NCBI GenBank assembly: GCA_044222065.1
Contig: JBGAOA010000016.1
Span: forward strand, 1-64,000
Length of the DNA: 64,000 nucleotides
Reading direction: 5' to 3'
Origin: Candidatus Eiseniibacteriota bacterium
GTDB taxonomy: Bacteria > Eisenbacteria > RBG-16-71-46
Of the stretch, positions 38,854 through 48,328 are shown in pieces. Both the position numbers and the translations under genes were made by a program. A model generated the notes under the pieces. It had not been told where the DNA came from. It saw nothing but the letters and a program-made list of their open reading frames with translations, and ran no database searches. Within the stretch, counting starts at the first letter, position 1. Every line of letters begins with the position of its first letter.

Positions 38854-39426
38854 TCACGCGCCTCGAGCTCGCTCGAGCGCCATGATCTTCTGCACGCGGC
38901 GCTCGTGGCGGCCGCCGCCGAACGGAGTGGTCAGGAACAGCCGGGCGAGGCGCGTCGCGAGGCCGCGATTCACGACGCGCGCTCCGAGCGCCATCACGTT
39001 CGCGTCGTTGTGCTCGCGCGCGTTCGTCGCGGTCGCGTCGTCGTGGCAGAGCGCACAGCGCACGCCGGCGATCTTGTTCGCGGCCATCGTCGAGCCGATG
39101 CCGGCCGCGTCCACGACGATGCCGCGGACGCAGCGCCCCGAAGCGACCTCGCGGCCGACGGCGGCGGCGAAGTCGGGGTAATCCACGGCCTCCGACGAGT
39201 GGGTGCCGCAGTCGTGGACGTCGTAGCCGAGCTCGTCCACGAGGTAGCGCTTGAGCACTTCCTTGAGCGGGTAGCCGCCGTGGTCCGAGCCGAGCGCGAC
39301 GCGGCGCGCGCCACCCGCGGACGGGGGCGCCGAAGGCGTGGGCGCCGGGGCGGGGCGGCTGCCGAGAGCGCGCTCGACCGCCTCGCGAACCAGTTGTCGA
39401 ACCGCGCGTTCGTCGACGTCGGACAT
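38854..39426 (-). CDS. rpiB: RpiB/LacAB-family sugar-phosphate isomerase with N-terminal amphipathic extension
   Basis: GSDHGG, VDYPDFA, DAAGIGSTMAANK, AREHNDANV, GGRHERRV. Confidence 0.9.
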   Translation of the reverse strand: MSDVDERAVRQLVREAVERALGSRPAPAPTPSAPPSAGGARRVALGSDHGGYPLKEVLKRYLVDELGYDVHDCGTHSSEAVDYPDFAAAVGREVASGRCVRGIVVDAAGIGSTMAANKIAGVRCALCHDDATATNAREHNDANVMALGARVVNRGLATRLARLFLTTPFGGGRHERRVQKIMALERARGA

Positions 39427-39435
39427 GGTCGCGGC

Positions 39436-39464
39436 AGAATAGGAACGCCCCCGGGAGCGGTCAA
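39436..39464 (-). promoter_or_regulatory. Sigma70-type promoter for rpiB, near-leaderless
   Basis: TTGACC-17 bp-TATTCT, 9 nt before ATG, no SD. Confidence 0.7.
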
Positions 39465-39615
39465 GAACGCGGCGCGCGGCCGGCGCGACCGGAGGGCTCG
39501 TCCGCTGCGGGTAAATTCCTCTCGGCCGCCGTCCGCCGGGATTCCCGTCGCGCGGGGCGAGGCCGTACAATCGCGCGCCGTCATCGTTCCCCGTTCACGC
39601 CGCCGAGGAGCCTCC

Positions 39616-40974
39616 GTGAGACGTCCGATCCTGCTGCTCGCCTTCGCGAGCCTGTTCGTTCCCGCCTTCGCCGCCGCCGGCATCCAGGGCCAGGTCCTCC
39701 CCGATAGCAGCCGGCTCGAGCGCTTCACGCTGCCGAACGGCCTGCGGGTCGTGCTGCGCCACGTTCCCGGCTGCTCGCGCATCGCGATCGCCACGGCGTT
39801 CGCGTTCGGCGAGGCTTCGGACCCGGCCGGCAAGGAGGGTCGCAGCGCGCTGCTCGCCGAGCTGCACTACCTCGGCGCCACGCAGAGCGCCCCCTCGCGC
39901 ACGCGCGAGGAGATGCCGAGCCTGAGGCCCGAGGGCTGGAACTTCGGGCTCGCGCCGAACACCACCTGGTTCGAAGAGATCGCCGCCTCGGGGCAGTTCC
40001 CGATCGTGCTCCAGCAGGTCGCCGACCGCGTGCGGGGCGTCGCGATCGAAGCGAGCGACCTGGCGAGCGCCCGCGCCCGCGTCGCGGACGATCTCGCCGC
40101 CGGCTACGAGGGAAACGCCTCACTCTCCCTCCACCGGCGCTCGGGGGCGCTCAATCGCCGCGTCGCCGACGCGGCCGTCGCGCGCTATGCCGCGGGTCGC
40201 GGCCTGGAGGGGCTGTCGCTCGCGAACGTCCGCGCCGACCTCGCGAAGCTGTTCGTGCCGGCGAACGCGGCGCTGAGCATCGCGGGCGACCTCGATGCCT
40301 ACCCCGTGCGCGCGTGGGTCGAGGCGCAGTTCGGCTCGATCCCGGCCGGCGTCCCCGTTCCGGCGGTCCCGCTCCCCGCGACGCCGGACACGGTCCCGCG
40401 GACGCTCACGCGAGACGACGTGGAGCACGCGGTCGGCGTGTACGCCGTGCGCGCCCCCGCGATCACCGATTCGCTCCATCCCGAGTTCCTCGTCACGACG
40501 CTGCTCATCGGCGGGCAGGCGACGATGTCCTTCGGCCCTCCCGCGGCGCCGATCGAGACCCGCTTCTCGTACAGCGTGCTCGACGATCCGACGATCGTGC
40601 GCCTGTACCCGGCGCTCGACGACGCCGCCAAGGGCCCGCGCGACGTCGTCGCCGGCGCGATCATGCTGTTCAACGATTTCTCGGCGCGCGCGCTGCCGGG
40701 GGAGCTGATCCAGGCGCTGTGGCGCGGCGTGGACTGGCTGCTCGGCGGCCCGGTCCCTCCCGAGATCATGGCCCGGGTGCGCTACGACATGGGCGCGCTG
40801 CACACGCTCTGCCAGAGCGCCGCGCTCCGCGAACTGTCGGGCGGCGAAGCGTTCTGGTCCGTCTACCGCGAGCGCTTCCGCAACGCGACCCGGCCCGACG
40901 TGCTGCGCTGGCTGCGCTGGTACCGCAACCGCACGAACGTCGCGATCGTGATCGCGATGCCGCGCGGGCGCTGA
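39616..40974 (+). CDS. Secreted M16 (insulinase)-family protein, probably catalytically inactive
   Basis: GAGGAG plus GTG; signal peptide; FTLPNGLRV, DP.GKEG, FVPANAAL.IAGD; HxxEH replaced by ALLAELH. Confidence 0.75.
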   Translation: MRRPILLLAFASLFVPAFAAAGIQGQVLPDSSRLERFTLPNGLRVVLRHVPGCSRIAIATAFAFGEASDPAGKEGRSALLAELHYLGATQSAPSRTREEMPSLRPEGWNFGLAPNTTWFEEIAASGQFPIVLQQVADRVRGVAIEASDLASARARVADDLAAGYEGNASLSLHRRSGALNRRVADAAVARYAAGRGLEGLSLANVRADLAKLFVPANAALSIAGDLDAYPVRAWVEAQFGSIPAGVPVPAVPLPATPDTVPRTLTRDDVEHAVGVYAVRAPAITDSLHPEFLVTTLLIGGQATMSFGPPAAPIETRFSYSVLDDPTIVRLYPALDDAAKGPRDVVAGAIMLFNDFSARALPGELIQALWRGVDWLLGGPVPPEIMARVRYDMGALHTLCQSAALRELSGGEAFWSVYRERFRNATRPDVLRWLRWYRNRTNVAIVIAMPRGR

Positions 40975-40978
40975 GACC

Positions 40979-41290
40979 TCAGGCCCCGCCCGCGGCGAAC
41001 GCGCTCGCGACCGACTCCAGGCGCCGCGCCAGATCGACGTCGCGGTCCGTGACGCCGCCGGCATCGTGCGTCACGAGTTCGACGGCGACGTCGGCGTAGA
41101 CGTTCGACCACTCCGGGTGGTGGTCGAGCGCGTGGACGTGAAGCGCGGCGGCGCTCATGAACGCCCAGGCGGTCGCGAAGTCCCGGAACCGGTAGCGCTT
41201 CACGAGCCGCCCGCGCTCGTGAGACCAGCCGGGCAGGCCGGCGAGTGCCGCGGAAATCTCGGGATCGCCGAGACGGGATCGGTTCGACAC
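40979..41290 (-). CDS. Pterin-4-alpha-carbinolamine dehydratase
   Basis: LPGW, F.DF..AW.FM, DHHPEWSNVY, THDAGGVT.RD; GAGGAGGA RBS. Confidence 0.92.
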   Translation of the reverse strand: MSNRSRLGDPEISAALAGLPGWSHERGRLVKRYRFRDFATAWAFMSAAALHVHALDHHPEWSNVYADVAVELVTHDAGGVTDRDVDLARRLESVASAFAAGGA

Positions 41291-41345
41291 GGGGTCCTCC
41301 TCGCGTGTGGCGCGGCGCCGCCGCGCGTGCGGCGCGGCCTTCGGC

Positions 41346-41374
41346 TTGGCCGCGATCGGTCCCGATGCTAACTT
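41346..41374 (+). promoter_or_regulatory. Sigma70-type promoter for udk, near-leaderless
   Basis: TTGGCC-17 bp-TAACTT with extended -10 TG, 9 nt before ATG. Confidence 0.6.
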
Positions 41375-41383
41375 GCGGCCGGC

Positions 41384-42040
41384 ATGTCGCGTCGCATCCT
41401 GATCGGCATCGCCGGAGGATCGGGCTCCGGCAAGACGCTGGTGGCTCGCAACATCGTCCGCGAGCTCGGCTCCGATCGAGTCGTCATCATCGATCAGGAC
41501 TCCTACTACAAGAATCTCGACGCCATTCCGCTGCGCGATCGCGAGTCCCGGAACTTCGACCACCCGGACGCCTTCGACAACGAGCTGCTGAAGGAGCACG
41601 TGCGCGCGCTCCTCGACGGCCACCCGATCGAACAGCCGATCTACGACTACACGCAGCACTGCCGCCTCGCGGACACGCGCACGATCGGCGAGCACACGGT
41701 GATCGTGCTCGAGGGCATCCTGATCTTCGCGGACCCCGGCCTGCGCGACCTCATGCACATCAAGCTGTTCGTGGACGCGGAGCACGACGTGCGCTTCATC
41801 CGCCGCCTGCGCCGCGACCTCGTCGAGCGCGGACGCTCGCTCGACAGCATCATCCGCCAGTACGAAGAGAGCGTGCGGCCGATGCACATGCAGTTCGTCG
41901 AGCCCTCGAAGCGCTACGCCGACCTGATCATCCCCGAGGGCGGCCACAACAAGGTCGCGATCGACCTCGTGAAGACGAAGATCCGCGAGCTGCTCCGCGA
42001 CGCCGACGCGCCCGCGAACCCCTCCGTCACGGTCGTCTGA
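41384..42040 (+). CDS. udk: Uridine kinase
   Basis: IGIAGGSGSGKT, QDSYY, NFDHPDAFD, RRLRRD..ERGR, FVEPSKRYADLIIP. Confidence 0.96.
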   Translation: MSRRILIGIAGGSGSGKTLVARNIVRELGSDRVVIIDQDSYYKNLDAIPLRDRESRNFDHPDAFDNELLKEHVRALLDGHPIEQPIYDYTQHCRLADTRTIGEHTVIVLEGILIFADPGLRDLMHIKLFVDAEHDVRFIRRLRRDLVERGRSLDSIIRQYEESVRPMHMQFVEPSKRYADLIIPEGGHNKVAIDLVKTKIRELLRDADAPANPSVTVV

Positions 42041-42074
42041 GCGGGCTCGGCCTGGGCTCGCGCGCGAGCCGTCG

Positions 42075-42104
42075 TTGACACTCCGCATCGGCCGCCGCTA
42101 GCGT
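42075..42104 (+). promoter_or_regulatory. Sigma70-type promoter for tdk, near-leaderless
   Basis: TTGACA-18 bp-TAGCGT, 9 nt before ATG. Confidence 0.7.
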
Positions 42105-42113
42105 CCGTGACCC

Positions 42114-42740
42114 ATGTCCGAACCCACTCCGCACGGCCCCGGCCAGGGCTGGATCGAAGTCATCGTCGGCAGCATGTACAGCGGCAAGACGGAGGAGCTG
42201 ATTCGCCGTCTGCGCCGCGCGCAGATCGCGCGCCTCGAAGTCGAGATCTTCAAGCCCGTGATCGACGACCGCTACGCGCTCGACGCGATCGTGTCGCACA
42301 GCGAGCTGCGGATTCCGTCGCGATCGGTGAAGAGCGCGAGCGACATCCTCAAGTACGCGCACGAGGCGCAGGTCATCGGCGTGGACGAGGGCCAGTTCCT
42401 CGGCGCGGACCTCGTGAAGGTGTGCATCGAGCTCGCGCGGCTCGGCAAGCGCGTGATCGTCGCGGGCCTCGACCAGGACTACCTCGGCCGCCCATTCGAG
42501 CCGATGCCCGAGCTGCTCGCGATCGCCGAGTACATCACGAAGACGCTCGCGATCTGCGTCGTGTGCGGAAACCCCGCGAACAAGACCTATCGCAAGGTGA
42601 AGCGCGGCGGCCGCGTGGTCGTGGGCGGCGCCGACCTCTACGAAGCACGCTGCCGCACGTGCTGGGAGCTGGGCCCGAAGGCCCGGCGACCGAAGCCCCG
42701 ACGACCGCTCCCCGCCGAGTCTCCCCGCAAGAAGAAGTAG
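42114..42740 (+). CDS. tdk: Thymidine kinase
   Basis: [33 protein letters not shown]...YEARCRTC. Confidence 0.96.
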   Translation: MSEPTPHGPGQGWIEVIVGSMYSGKTEELIRRLRRAQIARLEVEIFKPVIDDRYALDAIVSHSELRIPSRSVKSASDILKYAHEAQVIGVDEGQFLGADLVKVCIELARLGKRVIVAGLDQDYLGRPFEPMPELLAIAEYITKTLAICVVCGNPANKTYRKVKRGGRVVVGGADLYEARCRTCWELGPKARRPKPRRPLPAESPRKKK

Positions 42741-42756
42741 CGTTCCGGAGGATTCC

Positions 42757-43785
42757 ATGCGCATCGCCCGTCCCCTCGCCGCCTTCGCCCTCCTCCTCGC
42801 GCTCGCCGCCGCCGGTTGCGGCGGATCGTCCACGAAGTCCTCCGGCGGACCCGCCGCGGACGCCTACAAGGTCGGCCTCGTGTTCGACGTCGGCGGCCGC
42901 GGCGACAAGTCGTTCAACGACGCCGCGGCCGCGGGGCTCGACCGCGCGCAGCGCGAACTGGGCGTCGAGGTGCAGACGCTCGAGACGAACGAAGGCTCCG
43001 ACCGCGAATCGCAGATGCGCCAGCTCGCGGCGAGCGGCTACCCGCTCGTGTTCGGCGTCGGCTTCCTGTTCTCGGACGACATCAAGAAGCTCGCCGAGGA
43101 GTTCCCCGACACGAAGTTCGCGTGCGTGGACTACACGGTGAACCCCGGCGACCCGCCGCTGCCCGCGAACCTCGCGGCGCTCAAGTTCAAGGAAGAGGAA
43201 GGCTCGTTCCTCGTCGGCGCGCTCGCGATGCTGCTCTCGAAGACCGGTACCGTCGGCTTCGTCGGCGGCATGGAGATCCCGCTCATCAAGAAGTTCGAGG
43301 CCGGCTATCGCGCGGGCGCCGCGGCGATCTCGCCGAAGGGCGCCGTGCTCGTGAAGTACGCGGGCACGACGGGCGATGCGTTCAAGAACCCGGTGAAGGG
43401 CAAGGAGCTCGCGCTCGCCGAGTACCACCAGGGCGCGGACATCGTCTACCACGCCTCGGGCTCGACCGGGCTCGGCGTGTTCGAGGCGGCGAAAGAGCAG
43501 CAGAAGCTCGCGATCGGCGTGGACTCCGACCAGTACGACGCCGGCCCCGAGGTCGTGCTGACCTCGATGGTGAAGCACGTCGAGACCGCGGTGTTCGAGT
43601 GCGTGCGCGAGGCGAAGGCCGGCGAGTTCCAGGGCGGCGTCCACGTGTTCGGCCTGAAGGAGAAGGGCGTGGGCTGGGTGTACGACGATCGCAACCGCCA
43701 CTGGATCCCGGACGCGGTGAAGGCGAAGGTGGACTCGCTCGAGGCCGAGATCGTCGCCGGCCGGATCGCCGTCCCCTCGGAGTAG
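42757..43785 (+). CDS. BMP-family (PnrA-like) nucleoside-binding lipoprotein
   Basis: Lipobox AAG-C; GGRGDKSFN, F.EEEGSFLVG, GFVGG, AIGVDSDQ, TSMVK. Confidence 0.93.
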   Translation: MRIARPLAAFALLLALAAAGCGGSSTKSSGGPAADAYKVGLVFDVGGRGDKSFNDAAAAGLDRAQRELGVEVQTLETNEGSDRESQMRQLAASGYPLVFGVGFLFSDDIKKLAEEFPDTKFACVDYTVNPGDPPLPANLAALKFKEEEGSFLVGALAMLLSKTGTVGFVGGMEIPLIKKFEAGYRAGAAAISPKGAVLVKYAGTTGDAFKNPVKGKELALAEYHQGADIVYHASGSTGLGVFEAAKEQQKLAIGVDSDQYDAGPEVVLTSMVKHVETAVFECVREAKAGEFQGGVHVFGLKEKGVGWVYDDRNRHWIPDAVKAKVDSLEAEIVAGRIAVPSE

Positions 43786-43788
43786 CGC

Positions 43789-44604
43789 GTGCGCGCGCTC
43801 GTCCGCGCCCTCGCGATCGCCGTCCTCGTCGCGGCGCCGGCCCGCGCCGCGACGCGACCGCTGCCGCCGCACGCGCACTTCGCCGAACTGCGCGGGATCC
43901 GCGTCTACTACGTGGACGTCGGGCGCGGCGCGCCGCTGCTGCTGCTTCACGGCGGCGCGGGCGACGGCGACCAGTTCGAGCACCAGCTCGAGCCGTTCGG
44001 CGCGCGCTACCGGCTGATCGTGCCGGACGCGTGCGCGCAGGGACGCACGACCGACCGGCCCGGACCGCTCACGTACCACGACATGGCCGAGGACGCGCTG
44101 GCGCTGCTCGACCGCCTGAAGCTCCGGCGCGTGCGCGTCGTCGGCTGGAGCGACGGCGGAAACGTCGGGCTCGACCTCGCGATGCACCACCCCGAGCGCG
44201 TCTCGCACCTCGTCACGTTCGGCGCGAACTTCCGCGCCGACGGGCTCGAGCCCGCCGACGTGGCCTGGAACGACACCGCGCGCGCCGAGAGCTTCGGCGA
44301 GGGCACCGCGGCGTGGTACCGCGAGAAGGCCCCCGATCCGTCGCACTACCGCGCGGCGATGACGAAGATCCTCTCGCTGTGGCGCACGCAGCCGCAGTGG
44401 GCTCCGGCGGACCTCGGCCGCGTGCGCGCGAAGACGCTGGTCGTCGCGGGCGAGCACGACGTCGTGCGGCGCGATCACACCGAAGCGCTCGCGCGCGCGA
44501 TCCCGGGCGCGAAGCTGTGGATCGTGCCCGGCGCGAACCACTCCGTGATGGTCGAGCGCTGGCGGGACGTGAATCCCGTCGTGCTGGACTTCCTCGCGCG
44601 CTGA
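43789..44604 (+). CDS. Alpha/beta hydrolase with signal peptide
   Basis: LLHGG, GWSDGG, GEHD, PGANH. Confidence 0.88.
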   Translation: MRALVRALAIAVLVAAPARAATRPLPPHAHFAELRGIRVYYVDVGRGAPLLLLHGGAGDGDQFEHQLEPFGARYRLIVPDACAQGRTTDRPGPLTYHDMAEDALALLDRLKLRRVRVVGWSDGGNVGLDLAMHHPERVSHLVTFGANFRADGLEPADVAWNDTARAESFGEGTAAWYREKAPDPSHYRAAMTKILSLWRTQPQWAPADLGRVRAKTLVVAGEHDVVRRDHTEALARAIPGAKLWIVPGANHSVMVERWRDVNPVVLDFLAR

Positions 44605-44611
44605 GCGGCCG

Positions 44612-45481
44612 GTGAGCACGCCCTCCGATCCGCGCTGGACCGACCTCGAGGACGGCGTGCTCGTGCGCCGGTCGCGGCTCTTCCACATGAACAGCGTGGT
44701 GCTCGCCGACGACGACCACACCGTGCTCGTCGACCCGGGCGTGCTGCCGACCGAACTCGACGAGATCGCCGCGCTCGTCGGCGAGCTGCGCCCGCGCGCG
44801 ATCACGCTCGTGCTCACGCACGCGCACTGGGACCACGTGCTCGGGCGGCCGTGGTGGCCGAAGGCGCGCACGCTCGCCCACGACCGCTTCGCCGAGGCAC
44901 TCCGGGACGGACTCGCGCACGCGCGCGGCGAAGCGGAGCGCTACGCCGCGGAAGCCGGCGAGCGCTGGCAGGCGCCGCTCGAGGCGTTCCGGCCGGACGA
45001 CACCGTGAGCGGGCAGCGCTTCCTCACGCTCGGCCGCTGGCGCATCGTGTTCCGCGACGCGCCCGGCCACGACGACTCGCAGCTCACGCTGCACCTGCCC
45101 GAGGGGCGCCTGCTGCTCGCCGCCGACATGCTGTCCGACGTCGAGATCCCGACGCTCAGCCGTCCGCCGGACGCCTACGTGCGCACGCTCGAGACGCTCG
45201 CGCCGCTCGCCGGCGGCGGAGCGATCGACCGGCTCGTGCCCGGCCACGGCTCGATCGCGAGCGGCGCCGACGAGGTGCGGGCGCGCATCGCGCGCGATCT
45301 CGAGTACCTGCGAAGGCTCTCGGCCGAGGTCGCCGCGCTGCGGGAACGCGGGCTCGACCGGGACGCGGTCGCGGCGGCGATCCCGCTGTGGGACGACATC
45401 GAGCGCCACGCCGACTACGCGATGGCCGAGCTGCACCGCGAAAACGCCGGCCACGCGTTCGACGGCCTCGCGCGCCACTGA
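44612..45481 (+). CDS. Metallo-beta-lactamase-fold hydrolase
   Basis: VDPG, THAHWDH, PGHD, AADM, VPGHG. Confidence 0.88.
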   Translation: MSTPSDPRWTDLEDGVLVRRSRLFHMNSVVLADDDHTVLVDPGVLPTELDEIAALVGELRPRAITLVLTHAHWDHVLGRPWWPKARTLAHDRFAEALRDGLAHARGEAERYAAEAGERWQAPLEAFRPDDTVSGQRFLTLGRWRIVFRDAPGHDDSQLTLHLPEGRLLLAADMLSDVEIPTLSRPPDAYVRTLETLAPLAGGGAIDRLVPGHGSIASGADEVRARIARDLEYLRRLSAEVAALRERGLDRDAVAAAIPLWDDIERHADYAMAELHRENAGHAFDGLARH

Positions 45482-45547
45482 GCCGCCGTCACCGCCCGTT
45501 CACGCCGGAGCGTGCGTTCGTCCCGGCACTCGGCTAGCCTCGCCGCC

Positions 45548-46720
45548 GTGATCGAGCTCAAATCGTTCTACCGCTGCATGGAGCAGTGCTTCGCCGCCGC
45601 GAGCGCCGCGAAGACGCCGGGCCGCTTCGCCGCCCAGCTCGCGCCCGCGCTGCTCGAGGAACTGTCGGGGCCGCTCGGCGTCTCCGCCGTGCACGCCTAC
45701 GAGCGCGCGAACGGCGCGTTCGCGCGCACCGGGCAGTGGGGCCCCGCGCGGCCCGACCTCGCGGACGCGATCACGCGCGCGGACCGGCCCGGCGCCGAGC
45801 ATCGCGAGCCGCCGTGGGTGCTCGACTCGGCCGCGGGCATCGCCGGCGCGCTGCGCGTCGGCGGCGACGAAGGCCCGATCGTCGTGCTGTTCGGTCCCGA
45901 GCCCGACGGACTCGCGCGACCGGTGCCGCGCTCGGACTTCGCCTCGGCGCTCCACAGCCTGCAGTACGCGGTGCGCCAGCACCACCAGCGGCAGGCGCTC
46001 CGGAACGTCATGGACCAGGCGCGCGTCATCCAGCAGAGCCTCCTGCCCGCGGGGCGCGCCCCGTTCGAGGGCTTCGACCTGTACGCCGCGAGCGTGCCGG
46101 CCGCCGACGTCGGCGGCGACCTCTACGACTGGCTGCCGCTCGACCGCGAGACGATCGCGATCGCGGTCGCCGACGCCTCGGGCCACGGACTGCCCGCGGC
46201 GCTGCAGGCGCGCGACGTCGCGATGGGCGTGCGCATGGGGGTCGCGCGCGAACTCAAGGTGACGCGGCTCGTCGAGAAGCTCAATCGCATCATCCATCGC
46301 AGCGGACTCGTCACGCGCTTCGTGTCGCTGTTCCTCGGCGAGCTCGAGTCGAACGGCAACCTCGTGTACGTGAACGCGGGGCATCCTTCGGGACTGCTGC
46401 TCGACGACCACGGCCTGCACGAACTCGGCGTCGGCGGCCCGATCCTCGGCCCGCTGCCCGACGCGGTGTACAAGCTCGGCTTCGCGCACGTGGACCGCGG
46501 CGCGGCACTCGCTCTCGTCTCGGACGGCGTGCTCGAGTGCCCGGACGGCGCGGGCGCGCACTTCGGAGTCGAGCGCCTCGGGGCGTGGCTCGAGGCGAGC
46601 CGCACGCGCGGCGCCGAGTCCAGCATCGCGGATCTGTTCGACCGCCTGCGCGCGCACCACGGCCGCGAGTCGTTCGAGGACGACGTGACCGCGATGCTCG
46701 TGCGCCGGCCGCGGGGCTGA
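45548..46720 (+). CDS. PP2C/SpoIIE-family Ser/Thr phosphatase
   Basis: IQQSLLP, VGGDLYD, ADASGHG, NAGHP, SDGVLE, DDVT; start at 45548 or 45512. Confidence 0.88.
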   Translation: MIELKSFYRCMEQCFAAASAAKTPGRFAAQLAPALLEELSGPLGVSAVHAYERANGAFARTGQWGPARPDLADAITRADRPGAEHREPPWVLDSAAGIAGALRVGGDEGPIVVLFGPEPDGLARPVPRSDFASALHSLQYAVRQHHQRQALRNVMDQARVIQQSLLPAGRAPFEGFDLYAASVPAADVGGDLYDWLPLDRETIAIAVADASGHGLPAALQARDVAMGVRMGVARELKVTRLVEKLNRIIHRSGLVTRFVSLFLGELESNGNLVYVNAGHPSGLLLDDHGLHELGVGGPILGPLPDAVYKLGFAHVDRGAALALVSDGVLECPDGAGAHFGVERLGAWLEASRTRGAESSIADLFDRLRAHHGRESFEDDVTAMLVRRPRG

Positions 46721-46804
46721 CGCGAGGAGAGAGGCCGCCGCCGCGCCCGCTCGGACGGCACGCGCTCTGGACGCTCCCCCACCCCGCCGCTACGCTGCGC
46801 CGTC

Positions 46805-48328
46805 ATGTCCGCCCCCATCGTGGCGCTGCGCGGCATCACGCGGCGCTTTGGACCGCTCGTCGCGAACGACGAGGTCACGCTCGAACTCGCGCCGGGCGAG
46901 ATCCACGCGCTCGTGGGCGAGAACGGCGCCGGCAAGACCACGCTCATGCGCGTGCTCTACGGGCTGCTGCAGCCGGACCGCGGCACGATCGAGTGGGAGG
47001 GCCGCGCGGTCCGCATCCATCGCCCCGCGGACGCGATGCGCCTCGGACTCTTCATGGTCCACCAGCACTTCATGCTCGTGGACACGCTCACCGTGGCCGA
47101 GAACGTCGTGCTCGGCCGCGAGCCGCGAGGGCCCCTCGGCGTGCTCGACCGCGCCGCCGCAGAGCGCGCGGTCGCGGAACTCGCGGAGCGCCACGGCCTG
47201 CCGGTCGAGCCGTCGGCGCGCGTGCGCGACCTCTCCGTCGGCGCGCAGCAGCGCGTCGAGATCCTGAAGGCGCTCTATCGCGGCGCGCGCGTGCTGATCC
47301 TCGACGAGCCGACCGCCGTGCTCACGCCGCAGGAGGTGGACGAGTTGTTCGACGTGCTGCGCCAGCTCCAGGCGCGCGGCACGAGCCTGCTGCTCATCAC
47401 GCACAAGCTCGCCGAGGTGAAGGCGCTCGCGCGTCGCGTCACGGTGCTGCGCGGCGGCCGCGTCGTCGGCGGCGGCGACGTCGCGGAACTGTCGGTCGAG
47501 CGCATCGCGGAGCTGATGGTCGGCGCGACGCCGACCGCGCCGACTCGCGCCGCCGCGCGCGTCGCGCCGGAGCCGCTGTTGCGCGTGCGCGATCTCGTCG
47601 TGCGCGACGCGCGCGGGCTCGAGGCCGTGCGCGGCGTCAGCTTCGAGGTGCGCGCGGGCGAGGTCGTGGGCGTCGCGGGCGTGGAAGGAAACGGCCAGCA
47701 CGAACTCGTGGAGTGCCTCGCGGGGCTCACGCGCGCCCACGCGGGGCGCGTCGAACTCGCGGGCGCCGACGTCACGCGCCGCACGCCCGCATGCCGCGCC
47801 GCGGCCGGACTCGCGCACGTGCCGAGCGACCGCCTCCGGCGCGGGCTCGTGCCGCCCATGACGCTCGCCGAGAACCTCGTGCTCGGCCGCCAGCGCGAAC
47901 GCGCGCTCGGCCGCGGGCCGCTGCTCACGCCCGATGCGCTGGACGCGCACGCGCGGCCGCTGCTCGAACGCTTCGACGTGCGGCCGCCGGAGCCGCGGCA
48001 CCTCGCCTCGCAGCTCTCGGGCGGCAACCAGCAGAAGCTGATCGCGGCGCGCGAACTCACGCGCGGCGCGCGCGTCGTGCTCGCCGCGCACCCGACGCGC
48101 GGCGTGGACCTGGGCGCGATCGCGTTCCTGCACGCCCGTCTGCTCGACGAGCGGGCGGCGGGCCACGCCGTGCTGCTCGTCTCGAGCGAGCTGTCCGAGA
48201 TCCTCGCGCTCTCGGACCGCATCCTCGTGCTGTTCGAAGGGCGCGTCGCGCTCGAAACGCGGCCGGCGGACACCGACGAGCGCGCGCTCGGGCTCGCGAT
48301 GACGGGCCGCGCGGGAGCGCACGCGTGA
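46805..48328 (+). CDS. Nucleoside ABC transporter ATPase (tandem ABC domains)
   Basis: GENGAGKTT, MVHQHFML, LSVGAQQRVEILK, ILDEPT, LSGGNQQK, PTRGVD. Confidence 0.93.
   Translation: MSAPIVALRGITRRFGPLVANDEVTLELAPGEIHALVGENGAGKTTLMRVLYGLLQPDRGTIEWEGRAVRIHRPADAMRLGLFMVHQHFMLVDTLTVAENVVLGREPRGPLGVLDRAAAERAVAELAERHGLPVEPSARVRDLSVGAQQRVEILKALYRGARVLILDEPTAVLTPQEVDELFDVLRQLQARGTSLLLITHKLAEVKALARRVTVLRGGRVVGGGDVAELSVERIAELMVGATPTAPTRAAARVAPEPLLRVRDLVVRDARGLEAVRGVSFEVRAGEVVGVAGVEGNGQHELVECLAGLTRAHAGRVELAGADVTRRTPACRAAAGLAHVPSDRLRRGLVPPMTLAENLVLGRQRERALGRGPLLTPDALDAHARPLLERFDVRPPEPRHLASQLSGGNQQKLIAARELTRGARVVLAAHPTRGVDLGAIAFLHARLLDERAAGHAVLLVSSELSEILALSDRILVLFEGRVALETRPADTDERALGLAMTGRAGAHA

Noticed and set aside
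44612..45481. Antibiotic-resistance beta-lactamase
   Set aside because: Generic MBL fold with no signal peptide; nothing specific to class B lactamases
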